64,000 nucleotides of DNA, taken from NCBI GenBank assembly GCA_030704615.1, contig CM060734.1:6014001-6078000 (forward strand). Direction: 5' to 3'. Below are positions 26,690-39,806 of the stretch, piece after piece. The translations under genes and the position numbers were made by a program. Under the pieces are notes generated by a model, which was given only the letters and a program-made list of their open reading frames with translations, made no database searches and had not been told where the DNA came from. Positions within the stretch are counted from its first letter, which is position 1, and each line of letters starts with the position of its first letter. The DNA comes from Takakia lepidozioides (taxonomy: Eukaryota > Plantae > Bryophyta).

Positions 26690-27600
26690 TGCAACTCGGC
26701 CCGGAATTTCCAACGTAGAGGTAATTCGGAGCGCAGATGGATGGAAATCCGGCGCCAGATTTCCATCCGCCAGGTACGGCGGCGCGCAAAATTTCCGTCA
26801 TGCAGGTAATTCGGAGAGCAGCAGGATGGAAATATAGCGCCGAATTTCCATCCTGCCAGGTAGGGCGTCGCGCGAAATTTCCGTCTCGCAGGTAATTCGG
26901 AGCCGGATGGATGGAAATCCAACGCCGGATTTCATCCTGCCAGGTAGGGCGGCGCGCGAAATTTCCGCCACACAGGTAATTCGGAGCCGGATGGATGGAA
27001 ATCCGGCGCCGGATTTCCATCCGCCAGGTTGGTCGGAGTGCGGATGGATGGAAATTCGGCGCCGGATTTCCATCCTGCCAAGTAGGGCAACGTGCGAAAT
27101 TTCCGCCACGCAGGTAATTCGGAGCCGGATGGATGGAAATCCGGCGCCGGATTTCCATCCTGCCAGGTAGGGCGGCACGCGAAATTTCCGCCACGCAGGT
27201 AATTCGGAGCGGATGGATGGAAATCCGGCGCCGGATTTCCATCCGCCAGGTTGGTTGGAGAGCGGATGGATGGAAATTCGGCGCCGGATTTCCATCCTGC
27301 CAGGTAGGGCGGCGGGCGAAATGTCCGCCACGCAGGTAATTCGGAGCCGGATGGATGGAAATCCGGCGCCGGATTTCCATCCTGCCAGGTAGGGCGGCGC
27401 ACGAAATTTCCGCCACGTAGGTAATTCGGAGCGGATGGATGGATTTCCATCCGCCAGGTTGGTCGGAGAGCGGATGGATGGAAATTCGGCGCCGAATTTC
27501 CATCCTGCAGGTAGGGCGGCGCGCAAAATTTCCGTCATGCAGGTAATTCGGAGCGGATCGGGATGGAAATTCGGCGCCGAATTTCCATTTGCCAGGTAAA
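26690..27600. repeat. Tandem array (85-bp and 53-bp subunits) built around the palindrome GGATGGAAATCCGGCGCCGGATTTCCATCC
   Basis: Directly visible; lies between the two divergent genes of element B. Confidence 0.95.
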
Positions 27601-27759
27601 TCGAATCGCCGAATTACCTTCCTGCGGGTAATTCTGAGCATGGCCGCTTGGTTTTTCGGAGAAAAACAAACTAAACTGTTAGTTTTGTGGCTGAATTCCA
27701 CTTTTAGACACGTTTTTCATGGAATCCTTGACTGCTAGAGGGAAATCCGAACGGCCTCG

Positions 27760-29450
27760 GACGGAAATTCGGCGCCGTTTTTCCATCCTGGGAGGTTTTT
27801 AAATCGTCCAGTTTTGGGCCTCACCACCCGACCGGACTTCCTTTGAGGGGGCCCGGATGGAAATTCGGCGGCGAATTTCCATCCGGGGGATGGTCTCTGT
27901 CGGACAGGTGCCGGCCTCTACGCCCGAGGCGACTTCGTCCGGGCGTCCTCTGTTGGATATTCGGTGCTGAATTTCCATCCGGGGGTTGAAATGTGACGGC
28001 CAGGTGCCGGCCACTCCCCCCTCCCCGACTGCATCCGAACCACCCCGCACGGAAATTCAGCGCCGTTTTTCCATCCTGGGAGGTTTTTATATCGTCCAGT
28101 TTTGGGCCTCACCACCCGACCGGACTTCCTTTGAGGGGGCCCGGATGGTCTCTGTCGGACAGGTGCCGGCCTCTACGCCCGAGGCGACTTCGTCCGGGCG
28201 TCCCCTGTTGGATATCCGGTGCCGAATTTCCGTCCGGGGGTTGAAATGTGACGGCCAGGTGCCGGCCTCTCCCCCTCCCCGACTGCATCCGAACCGCTCC
28301 GCACGGAAATTCGGCGCCGTTTTTCCATCCTGGGTTATATCGTCCAGTTTTGGGCCTCACCACCCGACCGGACTTCCTTTGAGGGGGCTCGGATGGAAAT
28401 TCGGCGGCGAATTTCCATCCGGGGGATGCTCTCTGTCGGACAGGTGCCGGCCTCTACGCCCGAGGTGACTTCATCCGGGCGTCCTCTGTTGGATATTCAA
28501 TGCCGAATTTCCGTCCGGGGGTTGAAATGTGACGGCCAGGTGCCGGCCTCTCCCCCCTCCCCGACTGCATCCGAACCGCCCCGCACGGAAATTCAGCGCC
28601 GTTTTTCCATCCTGGGCGGTTTTTATATCGTCCAGTTTTGGGCCTCACCACCCGACCGGATTTCCTTTGAAGGGGGCTGGATGGAAATTCGGCGGCGAAT
28701 TTCCATCCGGGGGATGGTCTCTGTCGGACAGGTGCCGGCCTCTACGCCCGAGGCGACTTCGTCCGGGCGTCCCCTGTTGGATATTCGGTGCCGAATTTCC
28801 GTCCGGGGGTTGAAATGTGACGGCCAGGTGCCGGCCTCTCCCCTCTCCCCGACTACATCCGAACGGCCCTGGATGGAAATTCAATGCCGTTTTCCCATCT
28901 GGGGAGGTTTTTATGTCGGCCAGTTTTCGGCCTGCCCCCCCGACATGACTTCGTTTGGGGGGGCCTGGATGGAAATTCGGCGCCGAATCTCCATCCAGGG
29001 GATGCTCTCTGTCGAACACGCGCCGGCCTCTACGCCCGAGGCGACTTCATCCGGGCTTCCCATGTTGGATATTCGGTGCCGAATTTCTGTCCGGGGGTTG
29101 TAATGTGAGGGCCAGGTGGCGGCCTTTCCCCCGAGCCGACTGCATCCGAACGGCCTCGGATGGAAATTCGGCACCGTTTTTCCATCCGGGGAGGTTTTTA
29201 TGTCGGCCAGTTTTCGGCCTGACCCCCCGACACGACTTCCTTAGGGGGGATCCGAATGGAAATTCGGCGCTGAATTTCCATCCGGGGGTTGTTCTCTGTC
29301 GGGCAGGTTCCGGCCTCTCTGCCCGAGGCGACTTCATAGGTGCGGCCCCTGCTGGATATTCGGTGCCGAATTTTCATCCGGGGGTAGTAATGCGACGGCA
29401 CGGTGCCGGCTTCTCCCCTTCAGCCGACATCATCCGGACGGCCCCCCACT
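27760..29450. repeat. Tandem array, unit about 288 bp, about 6 copies, each with about 3 GGAAATTCGGCGCCGAATTTCC-type palindromes
   Basis: Units start near 27761, 28049, 28303, 28586, 28873 and 29160. Confidence 0.93.
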
Positions 29451-29681
29451 TTCTGACTGCATACCGTTGGCAGTTATTGCGCAAAGACCAGGGGCCGCAT
29501 TCCTGAGACAAGGTTCATTAACACTTTGACTGTGGATTTTTGAGATAGTTGGCTCCCTGGATTTGGATCAGGCTTCGTCGCTCGGACAAATCGGCACCAC
29601 ATTCCTTCCCATCGCTGCATCCCCCTTCTACCAGGGAGCTTGCCCGCACGCCATCCTGGGAGTCTTGTGTGCACATCTCCC

Positions 29682-32600
29682 ATGGTGGAAAACCCGAGCG
29701 CTACAGTGTACTGCCCTCCTCACGAGCATAGAGCTTCATTTCCGTGCAGAGGGGACATCTGCCGGGTGATGGAGAAATATCTGTGCGTTCGATACCACCT
29801 GAAACCGGGGTCGGTTTTTTTGGAGGAGGAAAGGAAGGACTCAAACGGCGTTGTTGTCGAGAGTATTGTTGTGCTCCACGATGATTTTGGCGATGGCAGG
29901 GAATGACGAGTTCCACCATCAGACAGCGTCATATACAGGGCTGTTGGGGACTTCATTTGCCCGCCAAATGCACCTTCTATCCTGGCGCCTTCCACGAAAC
30001 AATCCGCGAATCAAAGAGTGTCTACCTCAAAGAGAGAAGTCCGCAACGAAGTAAATCCAGAGCCGAACCCATCCATGAAGACGAGCGAGAACCGGGTTGT
30101 TCACAACCTGTCCGACTCAGACGAGGTCATGGAAGTTTCGAGGTCGTCCTGGAGATCAGGCAAGTCCTCAATGGACGTCAATGGACGAGGGAGTCATATT
30201 CCCAGCACGAGCACCGCAGTTCGATCTATTCTTGAAATTCTGCGAGGGCTTCACATGGAGGGACACCACTCGGAGCTGGCCGGGCTGGACTACAGCAAGT
30301 TTGCAATTAAATCGGTTACATGCCTTCCCGCAGACGTCGACGGTAATATCTTCTTTGAGTTCCCTCCTCGGACGGACTACTCGAGGGCGTCCGGAATGTT
30401 GACAGATATGGATAGAAAACATGATGGTCATCCTTGGTGCGTCACCAAAACCACCAGCATGAAGATGCTCGATGGTGTGCGGGTGCGCTACGTTGTTTGT
30501 GCGGGTGCGTTGCGGTGTTTCTCCCCAACTTGCTTCCACTTTAAATCCAGAGGTCACAGGAATGAGACCGATTGGACAGGCACAGCTCATCAACCATTTC
30601 GTGATCAGGTGAAGGTTCCGAACTCCACATTTAAGTGTGCGCATTGCCAAGAACCACCACACTGCATGTCTGTTTGTAATGCCAAGCAGTTCTATGTGTT
30701 GCACCGTTTCCCTGACCTCACCCGAGCTTGCATACACGTTGGTTCCCATTGTTACAAATTGGCGAGGGGGAACTCGCGGGAGGCTGCCCACGAGGCAGAG
30801 CAGCTCGTTCAGGAAGAGGTTAAGTTGAGACCGGGTGCCAAACTCAAACAGATACAGCTCCAAGCCGCCCATAAGATGGCCTTGGCCAGAATTATGTCGG
30901 AAGACAGCTCCGATAGAGTTCCTCTCGATGAGAAGGAAATGGAGGCATTGCTGGAGTCGGTGTCCCACGTATGTTCACCGAATGTCCGAAACCACATTGT
31001 CTCATGCAAACAGAAAATTGGGCGTGGCTCGGATATGCACTCCATTCTGGAGATGAAGCGACGATGTGGATATGACTACATTCATGGAAGTAGGTTTCCA
31101 GGACAAGGGACTGAGGCAGATCGTTGTTTCGTATTCAAAATGTCCACGTGTGGACCTGGCAGTGGCGTTGAACTGGTCGACAGGATGACGAGTGGGGACT
31201 TGTCAAACAGTTGGGTCATGTTCGACCATATCAAGCAAATTACAAATCACCAGTGGGTGACAATGGGTGCACATGTCTACGACACCCACTGCAGGATGCT
31301 AATAACAATTGCTATTTGTGAGATAAAACGAGAGGACACACAATCGGAGATGCTTCTTTGGCAGGGAATAAACGAACAGATGGCCAAGGCGGGATTGCCC
31401 CCTCCCAATTTCCGTGGTTTCATGGCGGACAACGCACAAGCAAATTGGGCTGCCATTCGAAGGGTGTACGGGCAAGACCGCAATGTTCCCATGGAAGGCA
31501 AGGAGAGATCTTGTGGGTTCCATTTTCTGCAGAGCCTTTCACAGTACACAACCAGGCTTGTGGCGCCAGATTTCAGAGAGGAGCACCGTTCCATGTGTCT
31601 TGCGTGGAAGCGCCCTCCCACCTTGGATGATGCAGAGACACAGTTTGCATGTATACGGGCTTGGTGGACATCGTCAGGTGCTGTAAGGAAATCAGACGAG
31701 GGAGCAATGGTCAGTTGGCTTGCATGGTGGCATTATCGTTTCCTCTAGTTCGGTGACTATATGCGGGAGGTGAGTTGCACGAATTCGCGTCCCGTTGAAT
31801 ATTATTCTTGGCATTATTTGTAACTTGCTTGTAACCTCAACATGTGCTTGTGCAGGAAATGTGTCTCGACTCCGACACCAACATGCCCACGACAAACATG
31901 GCCGAATCAGTGCATTCTTCCTGGCGTGCCTTCTCTGCGGCGCATCTGCTGGACATCCTCACTGCCACAACGGAGGACATTGTGAGGTCAATTATGCAGC
32001 AATGCAGGTACAACGAGTTCTTGAAAGGGAAACAGTGGGGCTTGGGGCCGGACACGCAGGAAATGCTGATGCGGACTGCCTCCAGATCGAAGAATCCTCG
32101 GAAGTGGGCGGCGGCCTTGCGAGAGGGCCTTCGGGACACGCCATTGCTTCGAAGATGCCAACATTTGGAATGAGATGTTCATACCCGTCCAGTGAGACAA
32201 AGACTTGACGAGGCACCTGGCGGGGAAGAGGATTCATGGCGAGCTAACAAGAATATTCGCACGCTCCCTCGTGGTCCCGTGATGTTGCCCGAGGAGGTCT
32301 CGTCGAGCACCGCAAGTCCTGCACGTTCAAGATTGTCATCTCCTTTGAGCACAGGGCACGTGCCCGAGGAACATAACAAGCCATCTGTAATAACGCAGTA
32401 CAACATACCCATTGTGGAGACAAGAGTGTCGGAGTCACACTGGAGAATTGCAAGGACATTGCCGGCATTTCGAGGGAAGTGTTGCGCCATTTGGGTGGAT
32501 ACGAGAGCACGCTGTGGTGAGATGATTCGGAGGAACCCACACGGTGCTGTACCTGTACCTTGTTTCAGCGGCAGATTTTTTACTCCCACATTTGCTCACG

Positions 32601-33274
32601 CCACAACGCAGACGTTTTGGTTCTGTAGGCACGACATAATGACCTGTGTATTTGACAAGCCCAAGTACGGGATTCAGGGAATGCCGAAGCCTCCGGGCGT
32701 CTGGCCTGTTGCACCGGGTTGCAGCCTCTCTCAGAATGAGGCGGATGCTCTATCTGCAGCAGGATTTCGAATGGTGCAACGCACAGACGTCCCAGCCCAC
32801 GCATTTCCAGTTCCTCAGACCCAGCCATTGCAGACTGGTCGGTCCAGTAGAGACGGATTGGACAATTCTGCACATCCCACAATGCGATTCGGAAGAGTGA
32901 AGAGACGACACCTTCCCAACAAGTTGAATGAGACTCGGATTGCCAATGCTCTTGGGATGGCTTGCACTATTCAGAGCTCCGTGGACGTACCTCCACCCGG
33001 CCTTGGGCGTGTTTATCGGATGGCAACGGCCGGCTCGGCTGTACGCGACGATGTATACACAATTAAGATTGGAGTGGAGCCGACTTGCAATTGTACGGAC
33101 TTCTCGTTGATGGAAGCAAAGAAGGGTTCAAAGTATTATCCGTGCAAGCATCTGTATTACATTTACCTGAAGAGGTTGAGGATGAACGTGACTATTGATG
33201 ACTTTATTTATGCACCGGCGTTGAGCGTGAACGAGCTGCACAAACTCCTCCTTAGGGATTCCAGAAATCATTGA
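29682..33274 (+). pseudogene. Element B Mutator-like transposase (GCM-like Zn domain, DDE, SWIM) with three premature stops
   Basis: DRKHDGHPWC...VCAGALRC...CAHC...GSHC (GCM-like); VMFDHIK, FMADNAQAN, CGFH, NMAESVH (DDE with CxxH); CNCTDF...CKHLYY (SWIM); intron 31770-31855; stops at 29904, 31746 and 32171. Confidence 0.88.
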
Positions 33275-33419
33275 TGGGGCAAAGGGAATCCTCCATATGG
33301 ATATTTTCAATTGCATTTTCATGTATCAGACTTTTTTTTGCAGTGTAATGAAATGCACCCCAAAACTCTTGGAATGAGGCAATATTCCATTCAAACTGAG
33401 ATCCAACAGAAGCAGTTGT

Positions 33420-33830
33420 GGGGCCATTTCTGGAAAAATGGCGCCAAATTTCTCTATTTTGGGCCGAAAACTGGCTAAGTCCCAACATGCACTGGTACCC
33501 CTGTGTCTGGAAAAATGGCGCCAAATTTCCCTATTTTGGGCCGAAAACTGGCTAAGTCCGAACATGCTCGGGAACGGTGTCTGGAAAAATGGCGCCGAAT
33601 TTCCAGTTACATGGCCCAGAACTGCCCAACATCTGTGCAATCCCCGGCACCATGTACCGAAATTCGGCGTCACATTTCCAAATTTTGGGCTTACACACCT
33701 GTCATGAGGGGACCTATAGCCGCGGAATTCGGCACCATTTTTCGCTAGAGAGACCTATTACCGTGAAATACGTCGCGATTCTTTCCGGTTACGGACCCTA
33801 TTACCGCAAAATTCGGCGCCATTTTTGCAC
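33420..33830. repeat. B-type palindrome cluster in the 3' subterminal region of element B
   Basis: GGAAAAATGGCGCC(A/G)AATTTC and GGCTAAGTCC motifs are shared with the intron array at 22.4-23.2 kb. Confidence 0.8.
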
Positions 33831-34545
33831 ATGTCGTTGGGAATTGGCATGAGCGGAAGACGAAATATCATGAGCACAACTCTCAAAACTACAATTTCCC
33901 CTTCAAGGTGCCGAATAATATATATTTTTTCTGACACATTCCATTAAATTAATGTTTTATAATGTTTTTTATTTTCGAAATTTGTACTTCTGCTCATGAA
34001 AACCGATTGTCTTGCTGCTCCGCTCATGCCGCTCATGCTCATGAAATAGCTAACCTCCGCTTTGGAATGCTGGCCTGAGGTACGGGAACACGCCGAAACC
34101 GCACTATGACTTTGTCCCGAGGCTACACAATTATAGTACGTGAACGGAAGCACGTAGCTTCCGCATTAGCCCGCACTACAAGGCAACCCCCTCGGTAGCG
34201 CACTTATAGTACGCGCACGCGCCAGGTGCGCACTAGCACGTGAACTCCCAACGAAGGTGCAAGTTTCCTTGCCCCTTGGGTGGGAGTCACCCGATTTCGG
34301 CACTACACAAACACACGATTAATCCAATTTACCTCTCCCACTTTGTAAGCTTAGCATGCATTCTACACACTAGCCAACCATACCATGCATCACCATTCCA
34401 AACAAAATAGGACGCACAACATTTGGAAACCATTTCTTTTATAACAAAATTTGTACAATACAAGTTTTTGCAATTGGATTCCTGAGCTAGCTAAACCGGG
34501 CTAAGCATGCATTTCCTCCCCCACGCTCTAAGGTTGATGTCCCCA

Positions 34546-37500
34546 TCAACGCTTTTTCCGCTTTTGAGGTCGCCCTTCGAAAGCTGCAACCGCCTCGAAT
34601 GCATTTCCCATTTCTGAGGCACGCAACCAAGATGCCTCCACATGATGATAGCCCTTCCATTTCACGAGATACTCCGTTTCTCGATTCTTGAACCTCCTCG
34701 ACTTAAGCACTGCCTCCACCTCGTACTCAAGTTCATTTTCATGATCCAACAACACAGGTGGCGGACGCAACACTTGAGGCCGATTCGGACGCGCTTCATC
34801 TTTCAAGTAAGGCTTCAAAAGGGAGACGTGGAATACCGGATGCACCTTGCTGTTTGCCGGCAGCTCCAATTCATACACATCCTCATTCATAACCTTCCGG
34901 ATGCGAAAGGGTCCCGCATACGGAGGTACGAACTTTGGACTCACTTCCGGAGGTAGTCGAAATTTTTTGATGTTCAACCAGACCTCCGTGCCTGCCTCAA
35001 ACTTAACCTCCCTCCGCTTCGATTTGCTTGCCGTTCATACCATTTCCTAGTTTTGGCAATGTTGTACTTTGCGAGCTTCAACAAACGCTCGCGTTCTTCC
35101 AGCACTGCCGCTGCTGCCGGTTCCTCAACGTCTTGGGCGGCCCAACTTGTCGGCACCAGAGGTGCTTTTCCATAGACCAATACGAAAGGGGAAACTCCTG
35201 TTGCAGATTGTTTTGTGTTATTATAACAGAACTCTGCCGCATCCAAATGCTCCACCCAGTCCGATTGGTCTGCCGACACGTAATTCCGCAAGATCTACTT
35301 CACCACGGAATTCGCCCTTTCCGTTTGGCCGTCCGTCGTAGGTCGGAAGGCGGTGCTCATTTTGAGCCTCGTCCCCATTTTCTTCCAAAGTACCCTCCAA
35401 AATTTACTAGTAAACTTTGGATCGCGGTCCGAGACAATATCCTTCGGGAGTCCATGATGCTTGAAGACGTGGGCGAAGTAAAGTCGCCCCGTCTCCTGCG
35501 CCGTTGCTGCCTCCTTGGTGGGGATGAAATGACCCATTTTACTGAACCTATCCACCACCACCATGATTGCGTCGAATCCTTTTGACAGCGGCATAGCAGT
35601 CATGAAGTCCATCGAGAGACTTTCCCAAGACCCCTCTGGAATCGGCAAGGGTTGTAACAGCCCCGCTTGCTTTATGTACTCGCTCCGGTTTTGTTGGCAT
35701 GTGGTGCATGTCTTGACATACTCCTCGGCCTCCTCCCTCAGTTTGGGCCAGAAATACTTTTTCTTCAGGAGTGCCGCGGTGCGCTTGGCTCCGCCGTGGC
35801 CCGCAAGCGGGCCATCATGGCATTCTCTTGACTATCTCTGATCCCTCCCATCGGCACATAGAGACGTTTTTGCTTATACCGGAGCAGTCCATTTTGCAAG
35901 TGGAACTGTGATTTAATCCCCATCCTCAAGTCCCGCGTCACGGACTTCGCCATCTCATCCTTCCGGTAAGCCTTTCGAATCTTCTTTTGGAGCGCCGTCT
36001 CGCCCCTGTACACCATCATGAGCTGCTGCTTTCTACTTAAAGCATCGGCCACCACATTGTCCCGTCCCGGTTTGTACTGGATATCCACGTCGAACAGTGC
36101 CAAAGTGTCTTGCCACCTAATTTGTTTTGGGGACAACTTAGGCTGCGTGGCAAAATACTTCACCGTGACATTGTCCGTGAACACCTTCACCGGGTTGGAG
36201 CCAATATAGTGGCACCAAAGCTCAAGGCAATGCACCACCGCCTTCATTTCTTTCTCGTGCGTTGGCCACCGCCGCTCCACTTCATTCAATTTCTTACTTT
36301 CGTAAGCCACTGGACGTCCCTCCTGCATGAGTACACCTCCAATCGCGAAGTCCGACGCATCCGTATGAATCTCAAATGGGCGGTCGAACTCCGGGATTTT
36401 CAGGACTGGAGCTTCCGCCATCCGCTGCTTCAACTCGGCAAAAGCTTGGCCACAAAAGGTGTTCCATACCCAGACTTTGGATTTACACAGGAGGTCTGAC
36501 AGCGGCCCCGCAATCTTGGCAAAATTTCTCACATACTTTCGGTAATAGGAGGCGAGTCCTAAGAAGGATTGCACTCCTGGGATCGAAGTCGGAGGCTCCC
36601 AGTCCAAGATTGCTCTCACCTTTCTGTCATCCATTTTGATCCCATCTAGTGTAATCACATGCCCCAAGAACTCCACTTTTGTGACCCCGAATTCGCACTT
36701 TGAAGCTTTGGCATATAGCTTCTCTTCCCGTAATTTCTGGAATACCCTTTTGAGGTGCTCCAGGTGCTCTTCCTTTGTTTTCGAGTACACCGAGATGTCG
36801 TCGATGTACAAAGTTGTCCAACCACTCCTGGAAAAGGCTGTTCATTAGCGTGCTAAAGGTTGCGGGTGCGTTGGTGAGCCCAAAGGGCATCACTAAGAAC
36901 TCATAGGAACCATACCTTGTCCTGCACGCGGTCTTTTCTTCATCTCCTTCCGCCACTCGAATTTGATGATATCCGGAGCGCAAATCGATCCGGCTGAAAT
37001 ACTTCGCTCCTGCCAACCGATCGAAGAGGTCATCGATCCTTGGCAAAGGGTATCGGTTTTTGATAGTCACCTTATTTAGAGCCCTGTAATCGACACACAT
37101 CCGCAGCGTCCCATCCTTCTTGTCTGCGAATAGCACCGGGGCTCCGTAAGGTGACTTACTCAGCCGAATGTACCCCTTTGACATTAGATCCTTGAGTTGA
37201 GTCTTCAGCTCGACCAACTCTCTGTGGCTCAACCGGTAGGGTGCCTTGGCAGGCGGCTCCGATCCCGGTATTACCTCAATTTTGTGGTCAACTCCTCTTC
37301 GCGGTGGCAAGCCGCTTGGTAAATCCTCCGGTTGTCTTACGTAAAGCAAAAACTGGGGCTCGTGTGGCTCCTCCACGGCCCACTCCCTTGCTGACAAAAG
37401 GTTTATTCGCCCTCCCACGGGGTTGGGCGTTTCCGACACTCGTAAAACTTCGCCACCATTCCCACACGGTAGCGTGACTACTCTTTTGCGGCCATCTATG

Positions 37501-39073
37501 ACCGCTCCGAATCTGCTCAAAAAGGTCATTCCCAAAATGAGATCCACTCCATCGATCTCGCAAATGGTGAAGTTCTCACGTCCCTCCCAACTCCCGAACT
37601 GAAGAGGAACATCGAACGCCAACCTCGTCGCCAATTGTGGTTCTCCTTTAGAAGAGCGCACCTCAATCGAGGCCCCCACATCACTTGTCGGGAGTCCCAG
37701 CTTCCGTGCCGTTGCCGGTGTCATGAAGGAGTGCGACGCTCCTGTGTCCACCAACAACGATACGTTAGTTCCGGAGTTTATCCCACTCACAAACATTAAC
37801 TGACTCCCTTTACGCAAGGCGTCAGTTTCCTGATACAACTCACAAGAGTAGTTGCCTACCTTGCAAGTCTTGGCGACCACCGCCTCCACCAAGCGGCTGA
37901 TGGAGGCTTCGGATAACTCCGTGGTTGCCCGAGTCATGTTCAATTATCGGGGATTTGTACACTTCTTGGCCATGTGCCCGGGCTTCCCGCAATTAAAGCA
38001 CACTCCATCGAAGGTCGCCTTCTGTCCGCCATAAGCCGCCGCACCTGGTTTCCCTTTCGGGGCACCGGGTGTCGTCTTGATGTGTGAGGGCCCTCCCTTC
38101 GATTTCCATGTGCCATTGTTGCCGCGTGGCCTATCCCACTTCTTTTCCGGTCGGAAGGAGTCACCTTCCCGCTGGACCTTCTTGTGGTTCAGCTCCGTAC
38201 GGCCTTGTCTTTCGCCCCTAGGGACATCCGAAAAACATTCAGCCCTTTCAATTGCCTTGTTCAAAGTCTTAGGTGGCTTCTTCTCCAACTTCCGTCTGGC
38301 CATGGGGCCAGTCCCGCCACAAAGTTGAAGACCATTTCTGGTTCTACCATGTCCGCAATTTTGAGCAACAGCACATTGAAAGCCTGAACATATCCCCGAA
38401 TGTCATCCGTTTGCTTCAAATTCCTCATCTTGTCTCGGGCAAGCCAAGACGCGTTGAGGGGCACAAACTGTTTCTTCATGAGTTCCTTGAACCCACTCCA
38501 GTTCAAGGTCTCCGGGTTTGGACCTCGGTCGTGAAGGCGTTTCTGCCACCATTGTTGAGCATAGCCCCTCAAATAGGTGGGAGCCAATTCCACCCGATCC
38601 TCGTCATCCAACTTGGCCGCCCGGAAGTACTGCTCTAGCTCCAAGAGCTAGGTGTTGAGTGCCTTCCGATTTTGGACGCCCTCGAAGGTGTCGGGTTCCT
38701 TAGGCTTCACCTTAAACTTTGCCTTAGTGGAAGTGGCATTAGTCGCCTTTAACACGTCTTTCAACGTCCCACCAAACTGCGCCAACAACCCTTCCCAAAA
38801 GGCTGCTGGCATGGGAGGCATCTGTTGGTCTGTCGGAGCTCTCAGAGATTCCTCGGGCTCCGACTCCTCAGATTCCTCCCGTCCTTGAGCGGCCTCGTTT
38901 CCAAAGGCATGCATCGCTTCCTCAAATGGCCGCTTCGGTGACACGTCGCCCCCATCGGGCTCACCAGGATCATCATCTTTTGGGCCGTTCCGCTTTCGCT
39001 TTGGCTTGCTCGACCCCATGATGAGGCCGATCCCAAGGACGATCGCGTACTGAACTCTAAGCTCTGATACCAA
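34546..39073 (-). pseudogene. Chromovirus gag-pol (gag, CCHC, protease, RT, RNase H, integrase, chromodomain), disrupted
   Basis: CFNCGKPGHMAKKC; [10 protein letters not shown]; [11 protein letters not shown]...YIDD; HTDASDFAIG; SMDFMT...DRDPKF...DGQTERAN; YAGPFRI; YEVEAVLKSR...YLVKWKGY..EASW; several frameshifts and stops. Confidence 0.95.
39061..39072 (-). promoter_or_regulatory. Primer-binding site, initiator tRNA-Met type
   Basis: TGGTATCAGAGC on the - strand, 2 bp from the 5' LTR. Confidence 0.9.
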
Positions 39074-39074
39074 G

Positions 39075-39801
39075 TGTCGCGCACCTCACTTCGGTAAGCT
39101 CCCCTTCAAGTCATAGTTACTCGCTTGATGCGCGCACCTAACTCCCAAACTGGCCACCGGGCCAACTCGGAGCTTCGACTGCTCACCGGGGCATAACGGT
39201 CCCCCTTTACTCCTCCACTAGACCCTCTCCCAATTTGGGCCTAGTGGAAATTCCTTTTGGTTGATGGCAGTCCGGAATAGCTCCCCACACCTTGGTCACT
39301 TTCCGGCTCGCACGCTTACTCACTAGTTTTTGGACACCAACGGGCTTGCACCGTTCTCGGGGTTACTACTCCCTATATATACTTCTGTGACTGTCCGCGG
39401 GTGTTTCACAAACAACACCACCATTTTATGGCGAACCACCACGAAAACCCTCGATTCCCGGTGATGAGTCGCGGTGAGTCTTGGCCCACCCACCACGGTC
39501 CCCTTGGACCGTGCTGAGTCCCAAGACTCCCCACGACTCCCACCACAAGGTCTCCGCCCCCATGGTGAGTCCTATGCCATCCCCACTAAGTCCCACTAAG
39601 CTACCACCACCCCTTGTGGAGCCACCCCCACCGCAACCCGGTGTGCGGGGCTCCACCTAGTGAGTGCCTCCACCTCCTCGAGTGCTTTGGGCACTCGAGG
39701 TTGCTTCAGCCCCCCGTACCTATTGCTGCCACTGCCCCTACCACAGGGGCAGCCCCTCTGCGACCCGACCCCCCCTGCCCTCAAGGCAAATGGCCGCGAC
39801 C
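39075..39801 (-). repeat. 5' LTR of the chromovirus
   Basis: Near-identical to 18635-19360; the base at 39801 is C instead of A; followed by TSD CAATA. Confidence 0.93.
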
Positions 39802-39806
39802 CAATA

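Larger units (their letters stand above)
19786..34057. mobile_element. Element B: Mutator-like ParB-MTase transposon, about 14.3 kb, both termini present
   Basis: TIRs GGGGGCTGCTATTTCATGAGC... and ...GCTCATGAAATAGCTAACCTC; flanking direct repeat TCCGCTTTGG (19776-19785 and 34056-34065); divergent transposase (+) and ParB-MTase gene (-). Confidence 0.93.
18635..39801 (-). mobile_element. Ty3/Gypsy chromovirus with both LTRs, carrying nested element B
   Basis: LTRs 18635-19360 and 39075-39801 (roughly 20 differences by eye), 5-bp TSD CAATA (18630-18634 and 39802-39806), PBS TGGTATCAGAGC on the - strand, gag-PR-RT-RH-IN-chromodomain order. Confidence 0.95.

Noticed and set aside
26641-29506. 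Long ORFs such as MEIRRRISI-repeat proteins (350, 246 and 236 aa)
   Set aside because: They arise from GC-rich palindromic tandem repeats that stay open in several frames on both strands.
34510-34545. Second PPT-like motif just after the chromodomain
   Set aside because: No LTR follows it; the PPT next to the 3' LTR is at about 19361-19372, and evidence for a function is insufficient.
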